Shown one piece after another: positions 36,664 to 43,071 of a DNA stretch of 43,071 nt. Origin of the DNA: Helicobacteraceae bacterium. Lineage in GTDB: Bacteria; Campylobacterota; Campylobacteria; Campylobacterales; Sulfurimonadaceae. Under the pieces are notes generated by a model that was given only the letters and a program-made list of their open reading frames with translations, searched no databases and was not told where the DNA came from. Both the position numbers and the translations under genes were made by a program. The stretch's first letter is position 1. Each line of letters starts with the position of its first letter. The stretch is from positions 1 to 43,071 of the forward strand of contig JALSUN010000042.1 of the NCBI GenBank assembly GCA_027061425.1. Reading direction: 5' to 3'.

Positions 36664-37137
36664 TCACTTCTTTTTAGGCATGGTGATAACAAAGTAGTCA
36701 CCATCTACACTGTGTGAAATCTTCTCCTCATCTACATTTTTAGGCACTGGATAGGACTGATAAAAATATTGGGAACTTGAGAAATAACCATTTTTATCTT
36801 TTTGTTCAGTTTTCATCTGCATCTCAACTGTAACCTGATGATCTTTAATGGTAAAGTTAAGGTTTTTAGCCTCTGCACCATTAAGCTTAATACGGTTAAT
36901 ATAGGCTGCCTCAGTCTCTTCAAAAAGAGGTTTTAGCTCATAAAGTTTGGGATGTTTCTTCTTTTCAGCCTCAAGAAAGGTATTGCGCTTCTCAAGAGTA
37001 GTGAGGGCTGTTTTATACTCTTTGATCAGGGCTTTGTTATGAACAAGCTCAGCATTGAGGTTTGGGATAATAGCTGCAGATGCAGTCAACTCCAAAGCGG
37101 TAACGGTTAAAAGTGTTGTCATTAGATTTTTTATCAT
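36664..37137 (-). CDS. Hsp20/alpha-crystallin domain protein with signal peptide
   Basis: FEETEAAYINRIKLNG...FYQSYPVPKNVDEEKISHSVDGDYFVITMPKK; SD AAGGAG before ATG 37137; signal-like MIKNLMTTLLTVTALELTASA. Confidence 0.8.
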   Translation of the reverse strand: MIKNLMTTLLTVTALELTASAAIIPNLNAELVHNKALIKEYKTALTTLEKRNTFLEAEKKKHPKLYELKPLFEETEAAYINRIKLNGAEAKNLNFTIKDHQVTVEMQMKTEQKDKNGYFSSSQYFYQSYPVPKNVDEEKISHSVDGDYFVITMPKKK

Positions 37138-37362
37138 GAAATACTCCTTAATTTGTATTTTAAATAAGTGCTTATAAGCCAATCACTGTGAAGCGAAAGG
37201 CTTTTACATCTAAAAAGATTCATCAGTGAGAGATTATAGTAATGACTCAAAGAGAATCATAATCAAGTAAGAAGGAAAGAGCCCTATGGCTTATTTCCAT
37301 AAAGAAATTGTAAAAAAAGTTGGTAAATGTTTTGTAAATAGAGGGTGTACCTCTAGAAGATT

Positions 37363-38232
37363 TTAACGTAGTGAGAGTTCAGGGAAGTAGGTGTATACCA
37401 TTGTGGCACTCTCTGTTGAGAGTTTCTTAAAGAACTTTTCGAACTTGTCCTCACGGTTCCACACGGGTTTCTCAACTTTAGTGAGTGTTTCTAGCCGTTT
37501 TTTAGCGTCATATAAAACGCCAACAGAATCAACAAGTCCTACTCTAATGGCCTGCTTGGCTGTAAAGATGTGAGCATCAGCAAATCGGCTTGCCTTGTGC
37601 TCATCAAGACCTCTTGCCGTTGCTACATCATGAACAAACATCTTATAGGTACCTTGAATAACCTTGTTGAGTTCTCTTTTTTCTACAGCACTCCAAGCTC
37701 TGTCTGTTGTTCCGACCTGTTTGTATTTTCCTGCTTGAATGATCTGTGATTTGATACCTATCTTACTCATGAGTTCGCTTAAGTTGGCACCATGCATGAT
37801 AACACCTATGGATCCGACCATGGAACCAGGATTTGCGATGATTTCATCAGCATAACAAGAGGCATAATAAGAGCCACTGGCCAGTGTACCTGCTGCGTAG
37901 ACGATAACAGGTTTGACCTCTCTGAGACGTTTTACAGCCTCCATGACCTCTATCGAAGGAGGTACAGTGCCACCGGGAGAATCAACTGTCAACATGACCC
38001 CTTTTATCTTCTCATTGAGCATCGCTTTATCAAGTTGCTGTACAACTTCAGTGGTATCGAAAATGGGACCTACAAGTTTGATCTCCTGGAGGTTGTTTGG
38101 TGTGGCTTTGTCTTCCGCTTCAGGACCAAAAATGAGTACAAGAAGTAGTAAAAAGAGCATGGATTTAAAATATTTCTGTATAAAACCTAGTGTTGCTGTG
38201 ATGGGTATAAAAAGTGTTTTCAGACCTTCCAT
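37363..38232 (-). CDS. sppA: Signal peptide peptidase SppA (S49, short type)
   Basis: VDSPGG, LASGSYY, MVGSIGV, AGKYK, FVHDVATARG, GLVD. Confidence 0.95.
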   Translation of the reverse strand: MEGLKTLFIPITATLGFIQKYFKSMLFLLLLVLIFGPEAEDKATPNNLQEIKLVGPIFDTTEVVQQLDKAMLNEKIKGVMLTVDSPGGTVPPSIEVMEAVKRLREVKPVIVYAAGTLASGSYYASCYADEIIANPGSMVGSIGVIMHGANLSELMSKIGIKSQIIQAGKYKQVGTTDRAWSAVEKRELNKVIQGTYKMFVHDVATARGLDEHKASRFADAHIFTAKQAIRVGLVDSVGVLYDAKKRLETLTKVEKPVWNREDKFEKFFKKLSTESATMVYTYFPELSLR

Positions 38233-39447
38233 TTATGAGACCTCATTTCCATTGATATAAATTTTTTGAATATTATAGCCATGCAGAAGTAAATGCACGG
38301 GTAACTGCTCACTAGGTGTTGTTTCTAGGTCTATGATTAAGAGGTCAGCCTCTTTACCTACTGCAATTTCTCCTGTATTCATCCCCAAGGCCTTAGCACT
38401 GTTTACTGTTGCATTTGTGAGTAATTCGGTAGCGAGTGTTGTGAGGTCACGATTGGCATGCATAAAAAGGGCAATTTTCATCTCTTCGATGAGGTCTAGT
38501 GTGTAGTTAGAACTAAGTCCATCTGTACCCATGACCCAAGATACCTTGTTTACATCGAGTTTTTCAAGGTCGATGGTACCGTTACCTAGTAGACGGTTAG
38601 AGATGGGGCAGTGTATCACTGTGTGGCCATCTTGTGCAAGTTGTTTTAACTCGCCATGGTCTGCTTGTACAACATGCGTCATCAGCGTTGGTTTGTCTTT
38701 AAAAAGAGAGAGAAAACTCTCAGAGGTGTTGACGGCATAATCTTGTTTTAAAAACTCAGTAAAAAAGGGCTTAAACTCACCAGAATTACTGGCTAACCAC
38801 TCCTGTTCGGCAGGGCTTTCCATGTAGTGTGCGGTGGTGACCATGTTGTGTTGAGTGGCATACTTTAACGCCCGCTTTATAAGTGCCGGATGAACGGAGT
38901 AGGGTGAATGAATTGCGATAGCTGGGTAAAAGCCCTCTCTTTTGACCTGCAAAGAAGCTTCTACACGGGACATAAAATCATCATACAGTGTGTCTGCCAT
39001 AGTCGCTTGAGAACCGATGACCTCATTAAAAAATAAGACTTTTTGTTTAGCATTGGCAGCGGCTTCTAAGTCTAAAGCATACGAACTCACCGCACCAAAT
39101 GTTGTGATACCATTTTTAAGCATCTCGTCGCAGGCCTTAGACATACAGTTAGCATCACATCCTCCAATAAGATCTTCACGGTTCTCTATAACAGAGTTAA
39201 GCCAAGGCATAAAACTACCATATTTTAAAGTCTCTTTGTTGGCAGAGAACTCTAAGTGAACATGAGGATTAATAAGTCCAGGCATCACCAGGGAGTGCAG
39301 CGGGACCTCTACAAAATCTGCCTCAGGAAATTGTTCTAAAAGTTCATGAAGCTGTCCAATAGCACGGATGTGTGTGTCAAAAGCGATACTCATGCCACTG
39401 AGTTGTCGGGTGGGTGAGAGGATGGTCTCAGGTGTTATAATTTTCAT
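38233..39447 (-). CDS. mqnF: Metal-dependent amidohydrolase, likely aminodeoxyfutalosine deaminase (Cj0067/HP0267-like)
   Basis: PGLINPHVHLEFS, AIHSPYSVH, AHYMES, HCPISN, GTDGLSSN; conserved position between sppA and aroQ. Confidence 0.8.
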   Translation of the reverse strand: MKIITPETILSPTRQLSGMSIAFDTHIRAIGQLHELLEQFPEADFVEVPLHSLVMPGLINPHVHLEFSANKETLKYGSFMPWLNSVIENREDLIGGCDANCMSKACDEMLKNGITTFGAVSSYALDLEAAANAKQKVLFFNEVIGSQATMADTLYDDFMSRVEASLQVKREGFYPAIAIHSPYSVHPALIKRALKYATQHNMVTTAHYMESPAEQEWLASNSGEFKPFFTEFLKQDYAVNTSESFLSLFKDKPTLMTHVVQADHGELKQLAQDGHTVIHCPISNRLLGNGTIDLEKLDVNKVSWVMGTDGLSSNYTLDLIEEMKIALFMHANRDLTTLATELLTNATVNSAKALGMNTGEIAVGKEADLLIIDLETTPSEQLPVHLLLHGYNIQKIYINGNEVS

Positions 39448-39555
39448 AGTGTCTCGTTTGTTAAAATGAATCTCGTAATTATAACGATATTCAAGGAATT
39501 ACAATCTATCTTTACCTATAATGCACGAAGAAATAATATATATTAAAGGAAAACA

Positions 39556-40038
39556 ATGAAAGTTGTCGTAATTCAAGGTCCAAATCTTAACATGTTAGGT
39601 GTTCGTGAACAAGCTATTTACGGACCAATGAAGTTAGAGCAGATCCATGCTCAGATGAAAGATTTCGCAGACAAAAACAACATAGAGATAGAATTTTTTC
39701 AGTCAAATCTTGAGGGTGAGATCGTAGACAAGATCCAAGAGTGTTATGGTGAAGCGCAAGGTATTATTATTAATGCTGCTGCATATACACACACTTCTAT
39801 CGCTATTCGTGATGCGATCTCTGCTGTAGCCATCCCTACTATTGAAGTCCATATCTCTAACATTCACCGCCGTGAAGAGTTCCGTAAAGAGAACATGATT
39901 GCTCCAGTATGTGCTTCATCTGTTGTAGGTTTTGGTCCATTTGGTTACCACTTGGCAATGCTAGGTATGAACCAGATCATGCAAGAAGTTCAGGCACTTC
40001 AGGCACAACAAGCCGCAGCACAACAGCAACAAGCGTAA
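39556..40038 (+). CDS. aroQ: Type II 3-dehydroquinate dehydratase
   Basis: [43 protein letters not shown]; TATAAT at 39517-39522. Confidence 0.98.
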   Translation: MKVVVIQGPNLNMLGVREQAIYGPMKLEQIHAQMKDFADKNNIEIEFFQSNLEGEIVDKIQECYGEAQGIIINAAAYTHTSIAIRDAISAVAIPTIEVHISNIHRREEFRKENMIAPVCASSVVGFGPFGYHLAMLGMNQIMQEVQALQAQQAAAQQQQA

Positions 40039-40041
40039 TTA

Positions 40042-40533
40042 GTGTTGCTAGTACGTAAGCTCTCTGCTGACTTGAGCCTCTATAGAGTCTCAGGTTTTCC
40101 CGCTTCGTACAGACACGCCAAAATCTTGCGCCATCGTGCACTTATAGGTCTTGGTGGTAATGTTGGAGATGTCATCAGACGTTTTCAACACCTTCAACAC
40201 TATCTTAAAAATGCTGTTGACATACAACTCCTTCACACCTCACCGGTTTTAAAAAATCCTCCTTTTGGGTATCACGAGCAGGAAGATTTTTTAAATGCGG
40301 TTGTGGAAGTCGCTACAAACAAGAGCCCTAAAAAGTTGTTAAAATTTCTTTTGCATACAGAAAAACATTTTGGACGCAGACGCAGTTTTGCCAATGCACC
40401 GAGAACCTTAGACCTTGATCTTATTTTTTTTGACAAGGTGAAGATGCAGACGCCATTTTTAACATTGCCTCATCCGCACTGGTCAGAGCGTGAAAGTGTC
40501 ATCATCCCTCTTCAACACCTAGGTCTCAAATAA
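40042..40533 (+). CDS. folK: 2-amino-4-hydroxy-6-hydroxymethyldihydropteridine pyrophosphokinase
   Basis: IGLGGNVGD, QEDFLNAV, EKHFGRRR, PRTLDLDLI, LTLPHP. Confidence 0.95.
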   Translation: MLLVRKLSADLSLYRVSGFPASYRHAKILRHRALIGLGGNVGDVIRRFQHLQHYLKNAVDIQLLHTSPVLKNPPFGYHEQEDFLNAVVEVATNKSPKKLLKFLLHTEKHFGRRRSFANAPRTLDLDLIFFDKVKMQTPFLTLPHPHWSERESVIIPLQHLGLK

Positions 40534-41366
40534 TGGTACAAAACAACCGCGCAAAAAAGACCCGTTTCATTGCCATTACGAGTGGTAAAGGTGGCGTAGG
40601 AAAAAGTACCATTAGCTCTAACCTTGCGTATGTTTTAGCATCAGCTGGGGTGAAGGTAGGTGTCTTTGATGCTGATATCGGTCTTGCTAACCTTGATGTG
40701 ATGTTCAATGTCTCTGTGAAAAAGAACATTTTGCATATGTTAAAAGGTGAGGCAACACTTAAAGAGATCCTTATACAAGTTAGAGAGAACCTTGTCTTGA
40801 TACCCGGTGAGAGTGGTGAAGAGATACTCAATTACTCAGACTCTGAGGTTTTTGAGCGCTTTATGAAAGAGGCAGAAGTTTTAAACGACTTGGATGTGCT
40901 TATTATTGATACGGGCGCAGGTATTAATAAAAATACCCAACTTTTTTTACAGGCGGCAGATGATGTTGTTGTCGTCACTGTACCTGATCCTGCTGCCATA
41001 ACTGACGCTTATGCCACAGTAAAGGTGGTTGCTAGAGAGCGCCCCGATATGTTAATGTTGCTTAACCAAGTGAGTAACGAAAATGAGGCCTACTCTATTT
41101 TTAAACGCATCCAGAAGGTAGCTTTGGAAAACATCCGTGAAGATCTAGATTTGAAGTTTTTAGGTAAGATCAACATCGACCTGAAAGTCTCTGCTTCGGT
41201 CAAACAGCGCGCACTGTTTACACAAGCGCACCCCTCTTCACTTGTGAGTAAAGATATGAGACTCATCGCCAAACGTCTGGTGAGTCGCTTGGAACGTCAA
41301 GTCTATGTGAAACCTAAAGAGAGTGGTTTAGCAGGACTTTTTAGGCGTTTACGCGAGCAGTTCTAG
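40533..41366 (+). CDS. flhG: MinD/ParA-family ATPase FlhG
   Basis: TRFIAITSGKGGVGKST, DADIGLANLDV, IIDTGAG, PDPAAITDAYA, C-terminal amphipathic GLAGLFRRLREQF. Confidence 0.9.
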   Translation: MVQNNRAKKTRFIAITSGKGGVGKSTISSNLAYVLASAGVKVGVFDADIGLANLDVMFNVSVKKNILHMLKGEATLKEILIQVRENLVLIPGESGEEILNYSDSEVFERFMKEAEVLNDLDVLIIDTGAGINKNTQLFLQAADDVVVVTVPDPAAITDAYATVKVVARERPDMLMLLNQVSNENEAYSIFKRIQKVALENIREDLDLKFLGKINIDLKVSASVKQRALFTQAHPSSLVSKDMRLIAKRLVSRLERQVYVKPKESGLAGLFRRLREQF

Positions 41367-41367
41367 G

Positions 41368-42321
41368 ATGTCATCTTCTGATTCAACCCCTACAAAAGAG
41401 CTTTTGAGCCAAAATGAGATCGAAGCACTTTTAGAGATTTTTACCACCCATGAACCGGTAAAAGAGGGTGAGGTCTTGTTGGAAGTGGGTATGACTAAGG
41501 TGGCTTTAGGACTGCAACACTATTTAGAGAGCATCGGCATTTATTGTGATGAGGTGAGTGTTGTACCCGGTGAGGTGGACTACGCTCACGAAGATGCTTA
41601 TGTGGGAAGTTACCAACCTTTGAGTGCCCTTTACATAGAACCTCCCTTAGCTTTAGATATCATTGGTGCACGTTTAGGACAGAAGGAGCGTTGTTATGAA
41701 GCCTCTAGAACACTGAGTGCCTTAGAACAGCGTCTTTTAGTTCCTGTATATGATGAGATCGTCTATAATGTAGAAAAAGAGTTGGATGACTATTTTTCAA
41801 AGAACAGTGTCCAAGAGAGCCTCTTTTATATTTTAAAAGTTGTTTATGATGGTGTTGAAAGTGTTGTTGTTTTGGACTTCTCTCTACGTCAAGAAGTAGC
41901 AACAGTAACGACCTTACTTCCTAACAAAACACAGATGGTAGTGAGTGTAGGAACACTGCAGACACTGAATTTAGAAGAAAATCATAGTTATACTCTTGAT
42001 GACTTTGGTGCAAATCGTGCTTTACTGCTTTTAGATAACAGTGCAGGGTTTTTAGTGGAGAGAATAGAGGAGGCTGACACTTTAAGTCTAGAGTTACTAG
42101 GCCCCCTCTCTGATCACCGACTGTTTGAGCGTTACCATCTGGTTATAGCTTGTGGTCACATGTCTGATGAGACCCTTATGGCACTGCGTTATGGTGCAGT
42201 TTTAAAGGTAGCGCCTTTTGTAGAGGCTAAAATATATAAAGAAGGTAAGGCAGTTGCAGATGCAAGTGTCTACCGCTCAGATCAAAGAGTCATGATAAAG
42301 GTTGAAAATGGGAGAGTCTAA
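41368..42321 (+). CDS. Highly diverged FliM-like protein
   Basis: N-terminal LLSQNEIEALL (CheY-binding-type peptide); LALDIIGARLG...RTLSALEQRLL resembling the FliM middle domain; LMALRYGAVLKV SpoA-like tail; syntenic position. Confidence 0.6.
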   Translation: MSSSDSTPTKELLSQNEIEALLEIFTTHEPVKEGEVLLEVGMTKVALGLQHYLESIGIYCDEVSVVPGEVDYAHEDAYVGSYQPLSALYIEPPLALDIIGARLGQKERCYEASRTLSALEQRLLVPVYDEIVYNVEKELDDYFSKNSVQESLFYILKVVYDGVESVVVLDFSLRQEVATVTTLLPNKTQMVVSVGTLQTLNLEENHSYTLDDFGANRALLLLDNSAGFLVERIEEADTLSLELLGPLSDHRLFERYHLVIACGHMSDETLMALRYGAVLKVAPFVEAKIYKEGKAVADASVYRSDQRVMIKVENGRV

Positions 42322-43071
42322 ACACGTTTCAAAAGAGGTTGTCAAGCGTTATGTGAGAGACATTAAGTCTGCAGATGCTTGGAGTATGTTCAAGATCATG
42401 GCAGATTTTGTCAAAGGATTCGATGAGTTAGGTGACTTAGGGCCTGCGGTGACTGTTTTTGGAAGTGCCCGCCTGAAAGAGGAGAGTAAGTACTATCAGA
42501 TGGCCATGGAGTTGACGAAAAAGTTGGCAGATAAAAAGTTCAACGTCTTGACAGGAGGTGGGCCAGGTATTATGGAAGCTGCCAACCGTGGTGCCTTTAA
42601 AGCAGGTGGTGTCGAGTCCATCGGTCTTAATATCGACCTGCCGTTTGAACAGCGTCTTAACCCTTACACAACTAAAGAGCAGACCTTTGACTACTTCTTC
42701 TCTCGTAAGGTGATGTTGGTGAAGTACTCTATGGCCTATGTCATCTTCCCCGGTGGTTTTGGAACGCTAGATGAGCTTTTTGAAGCATTGACTTTGGTGC
42801 AGACAAGAAAAGTAGAGGGAGTGAGACTCTTTTTAGTGGGGACTGATTTCTATAACCCCCTCATAGACTTTATAGATGAGTGTCTGATCTCTCATGGGAT
42901 GATAGATAGTGAAGATATCAACCTCATTACGATCAGTGATGATTTGGACTTCATCGTTTCAGAGATAGAGAATTCTCTTGAAGTACAGTTGAAGGGTCTC
43001 AAAGAGGGTGGACTGGTTGATACCAAACATTATAAGGTACTCTCTAAGTTCTTTGAAGATCGGACAATCTC
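42308..43071 (+). CDS. LOG-family (TIGR00730) Rossmann-fold protein, 3'-truncated by the window edge
   Basis: Not in the ORF track because it has no stop; translation from ATG 42308 gives VTVFGSAR, TGGGPGIMEAANRGA, YFFSRKVMLVKYS, FPGGFGTLDELFEALTL. Confidence 0.93.
   Translation, partial: MGESKHVSKEVVKRYVRDIKSADAWSMFKIMADFVKGFDELGDLGPAVTVFGSARLKEESKYYQMAMELTKKLADKKFNVLTGGGPGIMEAANRGAFKAGGVESIGLNIDLPFEQRLNPYTTKEQTFDYFFSRKVMLVKYSMAYVIFPGGFGTLDELFEALTLVQTRKVEGVRLFLVGTDFYNPLIDFIDECLISHGMIDSEDINLITISDDLDFIVSEIENSLEVQLKGLKEGGLVDTKHYKVLSKFFEDRTI

Noticed and set aside
37183-37229. Hammerhead-like CUGAUGA followed by a hairpin on the minus strand
   Set aside because: The required GAAA reads GUAA, stem I cannot form, and CUGA is sequestered in an alternative stem.

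Overview
Low-GC bacterial chromosome segment from a Campylobacterota (epsilonproteobacterial, Sulfurimonas/Sulfurovum-like) genome, judged by hobA and the conserved gene orders queA-tatC-tatB-hemW/rppH-lysC-hobA-holB-folP and sppA-mqnF/aroQ-folK-flhG. Positions ~14.7-43 kb are mostly housekeeping genes with a few accessory inserts: a naturally split RND pump with MFP and cytochrome c', a secreted 11-aa-repeat protein, a signal-peptide-bearing Hsp20, and a reduced flagellar locus that keeps only flhG and a highly diverged fliM. The standout is 1.8-14.6 kb. A WYL-domain (HTH-WYL-WCX) regulator is followed by a promoter with an inverted repeat CGACA-N6-TGTCG whose right arm lies exactly 10 nt before a perfect TATAAT, the geometry known from PafBC-type WYL activators. 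This promoter precedes an 11-gene, ~11.7-kb co-directional cluster in which every product appears exported: up to 6-7 LPP20/FlgT-N-like proteins, an MltC-like lytic transglycosylase, a TPR inner-membrane protein, a PEGA/Ig-like protein, a PPC-domain lipoprotein, a candidate OM beta-barrel, a signal-peptide-bearing caspase-family protease and an LPP20-DUF4384 protein. It is proposed (inference) as a candidate undescribed, nucleic-acid/damage-sensing, envelope-spanning system. No rRNA, tRNA, CRISPR array or intact mobile element was recognised. Domain calls were made by eye from motifs, not from database searches.
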